Of a stretch of DNA of 20,078 bases, positions 9,246-17,468 are shown piece after piece (position 1 is the first letter of the stretch; every line of letters begins with the position of its first letter). The notes beneath the pieces are model-generated. The model saw nothing but the letters and a program-made list of their open reading frames with translations, ran no database searches and was not told the origin of the DNA. Source of the DNA: a bacterium (GTDB taxonomy: Bacteria; JAHJDO01). Location of the stretch: positions 1 through 20,078 of the forward strand of contig JBDRTG010000017.1 of NCBI GenBank assembly GCA_043824255.1, read 5' to 3'. The position numbers and the translations under genes are program-made.

Positions 9246-9628
9246 AGAAAAGCTTCGCTTTTACTTTTAGCTATTAGCTGGCAGCTGTTAGCTTTTAGTG
9301 GATTTATCCTTTCCAGTTCCAATAGTTTCCTCTTCCATTCCAATCCCATACTGAATCCTCCAAGCCCACCATCTGATTTTATGACCCTATGACACGGGAT
9401 TAATATTGGAGTTCTGTTCTTTCTAAGAGCATTGCCTACTGCCCTGGCAGCTTTTGGTTTTCCAATTGCTTTTGCAATATCAGAATAAGTTTTTGCTTTT
9501 CCATACGGAATTTTTCGAGTTTCTTCTAATACAGATACTTCAAAGTCAGTATAGCCTGTAAAATCAATTTGGTAATTTCTGAAATCAACAACTTTTCCAG
9601 AGAAATATCGATAAAAATATTTTTTCAT
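9242..9628 (-). CDS. ogt: Methylated-DNA--protein-cysteine methyltransferase (short form)
   Basis: IPYG...[18 protein letters not shown], active site IPCHRVI, GGF..GL..K..LL..E. Confidence 0.93.
   Translation of the reverse strand: MKKYFYRYFSGKVVDFRNYQIDFTGYTDFEVSVLEETRKIPYGKAKTYSDIAKAIGKPKAARAVGNALRKNRTPILIPCHRVIKSDGGLGGFSMGLEWKRKLLELERINPLKANSCQLIAKSKSEAFL
9248..9298. repeat. Degenerate heptamer tandem repeat plus mini-hairpin
   Basis: TTTTAGC TATTAGC TGGCAGC TGTTAGC TTTTAG (9265-9298), preceded by AAAAGC-TTC-GCTTTT (9248-9262). Confidence 0.7.
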
Positions 9629-10167
9629 CTTTTATTTATTTTTTGGTCACACTTGTAAATAGAGGTCTTACTTCTAATAAACCCTATTCTTCCTTTAGGT
9701 TTTTCTGGTGGCGGTTCTAATAACTGTCTTATAGCTTCAAAAACAATCTTGAACTGCTTATCGTATTTGCTTTCCATATCTTCTATTTTTCGTTGCAAAT
9801 CTTTGTGAGTTGCAAATATTTCTCTAAGTTTTGTAAATGTTCGCATGATCTGAATATTTACTTGAATTGCTCTTTCACTATTTAGTACAGAGGAAAGCAT
9901 AGCTACCCCCTGCTCTGTGAAGGCGTAAGGAAGATATTTACGATGTTGTCCACGTTTTAAGGTCGCAAATTGCGACCTTAAAGAATAGTATTCCTCTTTA
10001 GACAATTGAACCATAAAATCGTCTGGAAATCGTTTAATATTCCTCTTTACCTGTTCATTGAGTCTGCTAGTAGGCACTTCATAAAGCAATGCCAAATCGC
10101 TATCAAGCATCACTCTCTTGCCTCTAATTAAAAATATTTTATTTTCTATTGTTTTTTGTAATGCCAT
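9625..10167 (-). CDS. ORF6N domain DNA-binding protein
   Basis: [67 protein letters not shown], terminal RIGF motif. Confidence 0.93.
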   Translation of the reverse strand: MALQKTIENKIFLIRGKRVMLDSDLALLYEVPTSRLNEQVKRNIKRFPDDFMVQLSKEEYYSLRSQFATLKRGQHRKYLPYAFTEQGVAMLSSVLNSERAIQVNIQIMRTFTKLREIFATHKDLQRKIEDMESKYDKQFKIVFEAIRQLLEPPPEKPKGRIGFIRSKTSIYKCDQKINKR

Positions 10168-10192
10168 GCTTGTTATTATAATAAACCTCCTT

Positions 10193-11239
10193 TCAAATCC
10201 TTCCCATCATTCTCATGTAAGAATTGTAGTTTCGCTTCATCTCTTTAATACTATCTCCACCAAATTTTTCGCACATAGCGTTCGCAATTTCAAAGGCTAC
10301 GACTGCTTCACCTACAACGCTTGCAGCATGAACTGCGCAAACATCAGAACGTTCTACTTTTGCTTTAACAGTTTTTTTTGTAATTATATCTACTGAGTTA
10401 AGAGCCTTTTTAATAGTTGGAATTGGTTTCATTGCGCCGCGAATGACTATATCCTCTCCGTTTGAAATGCCCCCTTCAATTCCACCTGCGTTATTAGTCT
10501 TTCGCCTAAAATTATAATCATATATTATTTCATCATGAACCTTTGAACCTGGTTTTCTTGATGCGGCAAATCCAAGACCTATTTCAACACCCTTTATTCC
10601 TTGAATGCTCATCAAACATTGAGCCAGTCTTCCATCCAGCTTTCTGTCCCAATGCACATGAGATCCCAATCCCGCAGGAACATCCTTTACTGTTATTTTA
10701 AATATACCGCCCAGACTATCGCCGTTTTTCCGTGCTTGGTCTATTTTCTCTCTCATTAGCTTCTCATTTTTTTCCACGCCACCAATTTCACATACACAAC
10801 TTATAATCTCTATGCCAAATTTATTTAGTAGCTTTTTAGCAATTGCGCCAACTGCAACTCTAGCTGCTGTTTCGCGAGCACTTGAGCGCTCAAGGATATT
10901 CCTTATGTCCAGTTGATTATATTTCATAATTCCAGCAAGATCAGCATGTCCTGGCCTGGGATTTGTTATAGGATGTTCATTTTTCCAGTTCTGCCAATCC
11001 TTATTCTCTATGATCATTGTAATCGGCGAGCCAAGTGTTAATCCCATGCGCAGTCCAGAGGTTATTTGAACAGTATCACGCTCAATCTGCATTCTTTCAC
11101 CTCTGCCATATCCGGATTGTCTTCGTACAAGTTCTCTATTCATCTCTGTCTTATTTATCCTCAATCCGGCCGGCATGCCTTCAAGGATAGCTGTAAGACT
11201 TGGTCCATGTGATTCACCTGCTGTAAGATAACGCAACAT
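10193..11239 (-). CDS. aroC: Chorismate synthase
   Basis: [72 protein letters not shown]. Confidence 0.98.
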   Translation of the reverse strand: MLRYLTAGESHGPSLTAILEGMPAGLRINKTEMNRELVRRQSGYGRGERMQIERDTVQITSGLRMGLTLGSPITMIIENKDWQNWKNEHPITNPRPGHADLAGIMKYNQLDIRNILERSSARETAARVAVGAIAKKLLNKFGIEIISCVCEIGGVEKNEKLMREKIDQARKNGDSLGGIFKITVKDVPAGLGSHVHWDRKLDGRLAQCLMSIQGIKGVEIGLGFAASRKPGSKVHDEIIYDYNFRRKTNNAGGIEGGISNGEDIVIRGAMKPIPTIKKALNSVDIITKKTVKAKVERSDVCAVHAASVVGEAVVAFEIANAMCEKFGGDSIKEMKRNYNSYMRMMGRI

Positions 11240-11248
11240 ACATACCTC

Positions 11249-11833
11249 CTAAACTTCTATTTTTTCTCTGCTTCCTGGTTTTACTAAAGGGATTTTCCCC
11301 TGCTTGCATATTAAACAATTGTTAGAATTATAATTTTTAAAAATTAGCTTAGCAAGGCTCTTAAATTCTGTGGGAAAGTTAATTTTTTTCTCACTTCTGT
11401 CAATTATTGCACCAATGCCAACAATGCAGCCTTTGAAACTCTCCACAGTTGCAATAACTTCCATAGTCGAGCGGCCTGTAGTAATGATATCTTCAATAAT
11501 AAGCGCCCGTTCTTTTTTTTTAATTCCAAAGCCTCTCCGAAGAATCATCTTTCTCTCTTTTCTTTCACAGAATATAGCTCTAATACCTAGGGCTCTCGCA
11601 ACTTCCTGCGCAATGAGAATTCCTCCAATTGCAGGAGATACAACTACATCGCATTGTACATGCTGAAAAAGCTCTGCAATAGCTTTTCCAAGTTTAGTCC
11701 CACACTCTGGATGCTGGAGAACCTTAGCGCATTGAATATATTGACTACTATGAAGACCTGAAGAGAGCAGAAAATGGCCTTCAAGGAGAGCATCGCATTT
11801 CCTGAAGATATCCAAGACTTCACTTTGTTTCAT
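11249..11833 (-). CDS. pyrE: Orotate phosphoribosyltransferase
   Basis: GHFLLSSGLHS..YIQCA, PRPP-binding IIEDIITTGRS, IIDRS, KPGSR; near pyrF. Confidence 0.96.
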   Translation of the reverse strand: MKQSEVLDIFRKCDALLEGHFLLSSGLHSSQYIQCAKVLQHPECGTKLGKAIAELFQHVQCDVVVSPAIGGILIAQEVARALGIRAIFCERKERKMILRRGFGIKKKERALIIEDIITTGRSTMEVIATVESFKGCIVGIGAIIDRSEKKINFPTEFKSLAKLIFKNYNSNNCLICKQGKIPLVKPGSREKIEV

Positions 11834-11835
11834 TA

Positions 11836-12786
11836 TTATAATATCCTCTCTAAAAACTCATTTACTCTATTATTAACGTCCTGTCTATTTTTTAAGTCTC
11901 TTTTTGCGATTAATAAAGAATGCAGGGATTTTATTTCCTTATGTTCTAACATTTCGTTAACAATTCTCACGGCTCTACCCTTTCCCGTGCCACTTCCGTA
12001 TGTATAAAATACCACAACCTTTTTTTGCTCAATCCCATAGCATTTATCCAGATAAGTATTTAATGCTGGTGCTGGACTGAAAGCCCAAACAGGCGAGCCA
12101 AACCATATCAGGTCATACATGCTTAGGTCAAAATTAACATCACCAATATTAACCCTTTTTCTTTGCAAAGCTGTCATACCCTGTCCAGCAAATGTCTTTG
12201 CTCCATTAATTGGTTCTAATCTCACTAAATCAACGTCAAAGTTCTTGTGTTTTAATTCTTGTGAGATCATTTGGGCCAATTGGTGTGTATTCTCAGTTAA
12301 CGAAAAATAGATTATACATGCTCGCATTTTCTTCTCCAATTCCATTTTTAAGAATTTGTTTAATCTTCTCTTAAAACGCGGATGAACTTTTTTGAATTCT
12401 ACTCCTGCTAGATACATACCCTTCTCTGTTTTTTTGACTTGCTTAACCTCTGATAATGCATAAAAAGAGCGGGTTTCCTCTTTTGCTCCAAAGTCTTGTG
12501 GAAATTCTAGTTCAAGTTCCAATTCACTCTTTACAGGATAGAGAATATCTGTTTTAAAACATAGTCCGGTTTCACTAATATCTACAACATTACTATCACA
12601 AAGATCCATTTTATATTCATGCTTGGCGCAGATTTTTAAAGCTACATCAACTCTTGCGTGTTTTCGTTCCAATCTTTCTCTGGACTCTAAATTAGTCATA
12701 TATCTACTAAAATCCGAAATCATAAATCCGAATACTCGAAACAAATTCAAAATCCAAGTTTTCAGAATTCTAAGCATTGTCTCCAT
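11836..12786 (-). CDS. PilZ domain - flavodoxin fusion protein
   Basis: RKHAR (RxxxR, aa 41-45), DISETG (DxSxxG, aa 69-74) and GVEF mark PilZ. From aa 154 a flavodoxin fold: IIYFSLTENT, YDLIWFGSPVW, VFYTYGSG. The true start codon is uncertain. Confidence 0.8.
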   Translation of the reverse strand: METMLRILKTWILNLFRVFGFMISDFSRYMTNLESRERLERKHARVDVALKICAKHEYKMDLCDSNVVDISETGLCFKTDILYPVKSELELELEFPQDFGAKEETRSFYALSEVKQVKKTEKGMYLAGVEFKKVHPRFKRRLNKFLKMELEKKMRACIIYFSLTENTHQLAQMISQELKHKNFDVDLVRLEPINGAKTFAGQGMTALQRKRVNIGDVNFDLSMYDLIWFGSPVWAFSPAPALNTYLDKCYGIEQKKVVVFYTYGSGTGKGRAVRIVNEMLEHKEIKSLHSLLIAKRDLKNRQDVNNRVNEFLERIL

Positions 12787-13507
12787 CTATTCTTTGCTCA
12801 TTGATTTCTTTTATGAGCATTTCTATTGCATGCTTAGGGCTGGAAGCTTTAGTAATAGATCTTCCAATTACTATTAAATCAGCGCCTCTATTTAGAGCTT
12901 GCGCAGGAGAAGATGTTCGTTTTTGATCATCTTTATCTGAGTCTCGAAATCTTATGCCTGGTGTAACGATCAGAAAGTCTTCTCCGCATGTTTGTCTAAT
13001 ATATTTTATTTCTTCTGAAGACGCAACAACGCCATCTAATCCTGCTCTCTTCGTCATTTTTGCAAGATGCGAAACATGTTCTTTTATGGAAGCACTTATA
13101 TGTAGATCATTTTTTAGAATTCCCTCATCTATGCTGGTGAGAACTGTAACACCTAAAAGAATGGTTCGGGATTGTGCTGCTTCATATGCAGAACGCATCA
13201 TCTCTATTCCACCAGATGCATGCACTGTCAGCATAAAAACACCCTTTTTAACTATATTACCAATTGCTGATGAGACTGTGTTGGGTATATCATGGAACTT
13301 TAAGTCTAAAAATACTTTACAGCCCTTGTCATGAATAAAATCTATAATAGCAGGTCCCTGGCTTGTGAATAACTGGCTTCCTACTTTGAAAACAGATACA
13401 TAATCCCTAAGCTCTTCTATGAGTATTTCTGCTTGTTTCAGGTTATCTACATCCAGTGCTACAATTACGGGAGATTTTAAGGAGCTTAATTCTTTTTTAG
13501 CTGTCAT
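12770..13507 (-). CDS. pyrF: Orotidine 5'-phosphate decarboxylase
   Basis: IVALD, FKVG, FLDLKFHDIPNTV, TVHASGG, VTVLTS, VTPGIR, DDQKR, VIGRSIT. Confidence 0.98.
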   Translation of the reverse strand: MTAKKELSSLKSPVIVALDVDNLKQAEILIEELRDYVSVFKVGSQLFTSQGPAIIDFIHDKGCKVFLDLKFHDIPNTVSSAIGNIVKKGVFMLTVHASGGIEMMRSAYEAAQSRTILLGVTVLTSIDEGILKNDLHISASIKEHVSHLAKMTKRAGLDGVVASSEEIKYIRQTCGEDFLIVTPGIRFRDSDKDDQKRTSSPAQALNRGADLIVIGRSITKASSPKHAIEMLIKEINEQRIDGDNA

Positions 13508-13535
13508 ATGACCTCAAATTTTATCACAACAATTC

Positions 13536-14090
13536 TTACTGTACAACTTCAATTCTCTGGAGAATATATTTTTCTAGTTTCAGCGCCCCTAATCCACAAA
13601 GTATTCCAACAACTGCGCCTGCTAAAACATCAAATGGATAATGTACTCCAACGTAGACCCTGGATGCGCCTACAACCAGTGCAACAGAGAAGAAATAAAA
13701 ACTGAAACTCCTGTATTTGTTTGACAGTATGATTGCTAGTGCAAATATATTAGCAGCATGAGATGAGGGGAATGAGTATGTAGTTGAAGTTGGCACAAGG
13801 GTACGAACATCAAGAAGCACATTACATGGACGTGTTCTTGCAAAAAGAAATTTTAGAGGATAGCTATTGAAAAGATCTATAAGTATAATTGATACAACAA
13901 GCATTATTCCTGTTATTCTTCCCTTTTTCCCACCAAATATCATTAAGCATAGCCAGGCAGCTAAAAGAGGAATTTCCCAATATGCTATGTCTGTTATAAT
14001 TGGCATTATTATGTCAAAAAACTTGTTCTCTAAACCATGATTTACAGCATAGAATAGAGCAGTATCTATATTTGCGAAGAACCTGTACAT
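13536..14090 (-). CDS. PAP2-family membrane phosphatase (possible undecaprenyl-pyrophosphate phosphatase)
   Basis: KFLFARTRP, SFPSSH, SRVYVGVHYPFDV motifs; hydrophobic segments. Confidence 0.93.
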   Translation of the reverse strand: MYRFFANIDTALFYAVNHGLENKFFDIIMPIITDIAYWEIPLLAAWLCLMIFGGKKGRITGIMLVVSIILIDLFNSYPLKFLFARTRPCNVLLDVRTLVPTSTTYSFPSSHAANIFALAIILSNKYRSFSFYFFSVALVVGASRVYVGVHYPFDVLAGAVVGILCGLGALKLEKYILQRIEVVQ

Positions 14091-14101
14091 TTATATAATT
14101 C

Positions 14102-15076
14102 TCATTTTAAGAGGGAAAGATGTCGTCGTAAATTCTTATAGTCCCCACCGGATTCTTCTTTTACGCCAGTATCAAACATGTCTGTTACTTCTTTATACTC
14201 TTGATATGATAGGTTAAAGTCAAATGCTTTTATGCCTTCTTTTAGCTGATTAAGGGAACTAACTCCAACAATTGGACAGGTTACGGCAGTAGATTTACGC
14301 ACCCATGATATGGCTAACTGAGCAGGTGTTAGGTCATGATCCTTGGCAAATTGAAAGAATCTCAGAATTCCATTCTTATATCTTTTGAGCCATGTTGAAA
14401 TCCGCCAATCACCATATCCTCGTGAATCGTCAGGGATAGGTTCTTCAGGTTTATATTTTCCTGTTAATAGTCCAATTGCCAGAGGTCTGTAAGTAGTTAT
14501 TGCTATGTTTTCTGCTATTGCCTGCGGAAGTACTTCAATCTCAATTCCTCTCTCAATTATATTATAGCAGACCTGATGATTGATGAAAGGTTTCCACCCT
14601 CTGAGGTTAGCAATGCAATTAGAATGTGCAAAAAGCCATGCTGGATAATTAGAACAGCCTATAAAGCGTGTTTTTCCGCTTTCGGTAACCTCATTAAGAG
14701 CCTCCATGATTTTCTCAGGATTCATCCCTTCCTTTGGCCAGTGAATCAGATACAGGTCAACATAATCTGTTTGAAGCCTCTTGAGACTCTCATCTATGCT
14801 TGCAAGAATGCTTTTACTATCTATGCCTTTGTGAACTTTTGTGGTTATAAAGAGCTTCTTCCTCCTACTTTTCATTATACGTCCAAGTATTTTTTCTGTC
14901 TCACCTTCACCATACATTGCAGCAGTATCAATAAAATTGACTCCATTATCCAAAGCAAATGATAATATTCTGTCTGATTCTTTTTCATCACACCTTCTAC
15001 CAAACATCATTGTCCCAAGACACATCTTGGAAACCTGTTCCTCTGTGCTTCCAAGCTTAACCAGTTTCACGCACAT
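14102..15076 (-). CDS. Aldo/keto reductase
   Basis: CLGTMMFG, FIDTAAMYG, ITTK, SLKRLQTDYVDLYLIHWP, GKTRFIGCSN, PLAIGLLTGKY; AAGGAG RBS. Confidence 0.95.
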   Translation of the reverse strand: MCVKLVKLGSTEEQVSKMCLGTMMFGRRCDEKESDRILSFALDNGVNFIDTAAMYGEGETEKILGRIMKSRRKKLFITTKVHKGIDSKSILASIDESLKRLQTDYVDLYLIHWPKEGMNPEKIMEALNEVTESGKTRFIGCSNYPAWLFAHSNCIANLRGWKPFINHQVCYNIIERGIEIEVLPQAIAENIAITTYRPLAIGLLTGKYKPEEPIPDDSRGYGDWRISTWLKRYKNGILRFFQFAKDHDLTPAQLAISWVRKSTAVTCPIVGVSSLNQLKEGIKAFDFNLSYQEYKEVTDMFDTGVKEESGGDYKNLRRHLSLLK

Positions 15077-15110
15077 ATCTCCTTATTACCCAGACTACTT
15101 TGGTCTATGA

Positions 15111-15139
15111 AGTTTAGCTTCTGGTTTATGATTTGTCAA
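15111..15139 (-). promoter_or_regulatory. Sigma70-type promoter for the long leftward operon
   Basis: Minus strand: TTGACA (15139-15134), 17-nt spacer, TAAACT (15116-15111). Confidence 0.65.
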
Positions 15140-15160
15140 ACTAACAGAAAAATCTAGTTT

Positions 15161-15190
15161 TTGACGCATATTTATTTAATATGTTATTAT
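15161..15190 (+). promoter_or_regulatory. Sigma70-type promoter for the thiolase-like gene and xseA
   Basis: TTGACG (15161-15166), 18-nt spacer, extended -10 TGnTATTAT (15182-15190). Confidence 0.6.
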
Positions 15191-15222
15191 GTCAAATAGA
15201 GTAATAACATAAAGAAGGTTTT

Positions 15223-16218
15223 ATGAAGGCAGTTGCTTTGATATCCGGCGGGCTTGACAGTGCTCTAGGTGCAAAGATAGTAATGGAGCAGGGTGTTGAG
15301 GTGTATGGATTTACTGTTGTGCATATTTTTTCGGAATCAATAAAAACTGCAGCATCTTCTTATGCAGAAAGAAGTACTGACGAACTGGGAATAACATTGC
15401 ATTCTCATAAGGCATCTCAGGATTTTCTGAATATAGTTAAACATCCTGAGTATGGTTATGGCAGGAATGTGAATCCATGTTTAGACTGTAGGATCTATAT
15501 GCTAATAAAAGCCGGGCAATATATGAAGAAGATAGGAGCTTCTTTCCTGATTACAGGGGAGGTTCTTGGAGAAAGGCCAATGTCCCAGCGTAGGGATGCG
15601 ATGAATATTATAGATAAGGATTCGAGTTTAAAGGGCTTGATCCTTCGTCCTTTATCTGCAAAGCTGCTTTCTCCTACTGTTCCTGACATAAAAGGATGGA
15701 TAAGTAGAGACAGATTGTTTGATATTCAAGGTCGGTCAAGAAAACCCCAGTTTATGCTGGCAAAGAGATATGGAATTCGAGAGTTTTCAGCCCCGGCTGG
15801 GGGGTGTTTGCTTACAGAGCCAAATTTCTCAAAGCGGATGAAAGATCTAATGAAATTCAAACCAGATTTTATGTTAAAAGATATTGAATTATTAAAAATC
15901 GGCCGCCATTTTAGACTTCCATCAGGCATAAAAGTCATAATTGGAAGAAATGAGCGGGAAAACAATAAATTGCTTAAGCTTGCTGTGGATAAGATGATAC
16001 ATCTTGAACCTCAAAACGTGCCTGGGCCAGTGGTTCTGGTTGAGCCTAATACAAATGACGAGGATATCAGAACAGCAGCTTTATTATGCTCAATGTACTG
16101 TAAGAAAACAGGTTCATCCATGTGTATTGATATATTCAAAAACAAGCATCAGCAAATAATCAGACTTGGACAGGAAGAATATATTCTTGACAAAGATATT
16201 GCAGATTGGAGAATATAA
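15223..16218 (+). CDS. PP-loop tRNA thiouridylase-like protein (ThiI/MnmA-related) with C-terminal NFACT-R (DUF814)-like domain
   Basis: SGGLDS PP-loop, NPCLDCR, TGEVLGERPMSQ, GRSRK, PAGGCLLT, GRHFR, IGRNEREN, GP motif; no N-terminal THUMP domain. Confidence 0.8.
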   Translation: MKAVALISGGLDSALGAKIVMEQGVEVYGFTVVHIFSESIKTAASSYAERSTDELGITLHSHKASQDFLNIVKHPEYGYGRNVNPCLDCRIYMLIKAGQYMKKIGASFLITGEVLGERPMSQRRDAMNIIDKDSSLKGLILRPLSAKLLSPTVPDIKGWISRDRLFDIQGRSRKPQFMLAKRYGIREFSAPAGGCLLTEPNFSKRMKDLMKFKPDFMLKDIELLKIGRHFRLPSGIKVIIGRNERENNKLLKLAVDKMIHLEPQNVPGPVVLVEPNTNDEDIRTAALLCSMYCKKTGSSMCIDIFKNKHQQIIRLGQEEYILDKDIADWRI

Positions 16219-16244
16219 GATTAAATACATTCAGGTGATATTCA

Positions 16245-17468
16245 TTGTTAACATATGATTATGAGTCTCAGGCACGACATATCTTTACTGTAAGTGAGCT
16301 TACTTCAAGAATAAAGAATTTGCTGGAGGAGAGTTTTCCAAGTGTGTGGGTAGAAGGAGAAGTATCAAATTGCAGGATGCCCTCTTCAGGCCACATCTAT
16401 TTTACGTTAAAGGACGAGCAATCCCAGCTTAATGCTGTGTTTTTCAGAGGAGCTAACCAGAAGATAAAATTCAATGTAGAGGATGGTATAAAAGTGCTGG
16501 CTCTTGGAAATGTAAGCGTGTATCAGCGCAGGGGAGACTATCAGCTCATTGTAGGGCTCCTTCAACCTCGAGGAATTGGCGAACTTCAGCTCGCTTTTGA
16601 ACAACTCAAAAGAAAGCTGCAAAAAGAGGGGCTTTTTGCTTCTGAACACAAAAAAACAATTCCTCTGTTCCCAACAAAGATCGGGATTGTAACCTCTCCA
16701 ACAGGTGCTGCAATCAGAGACATTCTTAATGTTATTAACAGGCGTTTCCATCAGGTAGAGATTCTCATTAATCCTGTCAAGGTTCAGGGAGAAGGGGCTG
16801 GGGAAGAAATAGCTGATGCGATAGATGAGTTTAATAAAATGGAAGAAGTAGATGTGCTGATTGTTGGAAGAGGTGGCGGGTCTATTGAGGATCTGTGGGC
16901 ATTTAATGAGGAAATTGTTGCAAGAGCAATATATAATTCAAAGATTCCTGTTATTTCTGCAGTCGGTCATGAGATAGATTTTGTAATAAGTGACTTTGTT
17001 GCAGACCTGCGCGCACCAACTCCGTCTGTAGCAGCTGAACTTGTTATTGGAGAGATGGAGCAAATCACTCAAAAAATCAGGGATTTTCAAACAAGGATTA
17101 CTGCAGCACTTACAAATAACTTAAGTTTAAAGAAGGAAAATTTTTTCAGTTTATTGTCTTCCTATACCCTAAGACATCCAGAGGAAAGGTTATTCCAATA
17201 TAAGCAGGAGATTGACGATTTTTCCGAAAGGATGGATAGAACCTGTTCCCATATATTGGAGCTTGCTATACAGAGAACGAGCAATCTTTCAGGAAAGCTG
17301 AATACGCTTAGCCCTCTTGCTACCCTTTCAAGAGGATACAGCTATACACTGAAATTACCTCAGAGAACATTAATTACTGACACTTGTCGGGTAAAACCTC
17401 ATGATAAGGTAGAAGTCAAGCTTGCAAAAGGTGCAATGATTTGTGAAGTAGAGAAAACAAAAAACTAG
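16245..17468 (+). CDS. xseA: Exodeoxyribonuclease VII large subunit
   Basis: TVSELT, VWVEGEVSN, SGHIYFTLKD, GIVTSPTGAAIRD, GRGGGSIEDLWAFNEE, SAVGHEID, RAPTPS, LSPLATLSRGYS; TTG start after AGGTGA. Confidence 0.97.
   Translation: MLTYDYESQARHIFTVSELTSRIKNLLEESFPSVWVEGEVSNCRMPSSGHIYFTLKDEQSQLNAVFFRGANQKIKFNVEDGIKVLALGNVSVYQRRGDYQLIVGLLQPRGIGELQLAFEQLKRKLQKEGLFASEHKKTIPLFPTKIGIVTSPTGAAIRDILNVINRRFHQVEILINPVKVQGEGAGEEIADAIDEFNKMEEVDVLIVGRGGGSIEDLWAFNEEIVARAIYNSKIPVISAVGHEIDFVISDFVADLRAPTPSVAAELVIGEMEQITQKIRDFQTRITAALTNNLSLKKENFFSLLSSYTLRHPEERLFQYKQEIDDFSERMDRTCSHILELAIQRTSNLSGKLNTLSPLATLSRGYSYTLKLPQRTLITDTCRVKPHDKVEVKLAKGAMICEVEKTKN

Noticed and set aside
9242..9628. Alkyltransferase-like (ATL) protein
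   Set aside because: The active-site Cys in PCHRV is retained.
9625..10167. Prophage, suggested by ORF6N
   Set aside because: No integrase, structural or other phage genes; the neighbours are housekeeping genes.
13508..13546. Internal pyrF promoter (TTGTAC-N17-TAAAAT with extended TG)
   Set aside because: The -35 match is weak and the predicted start site would cut through the GAGGT RBS; this cannot be resolved from sequence alone.
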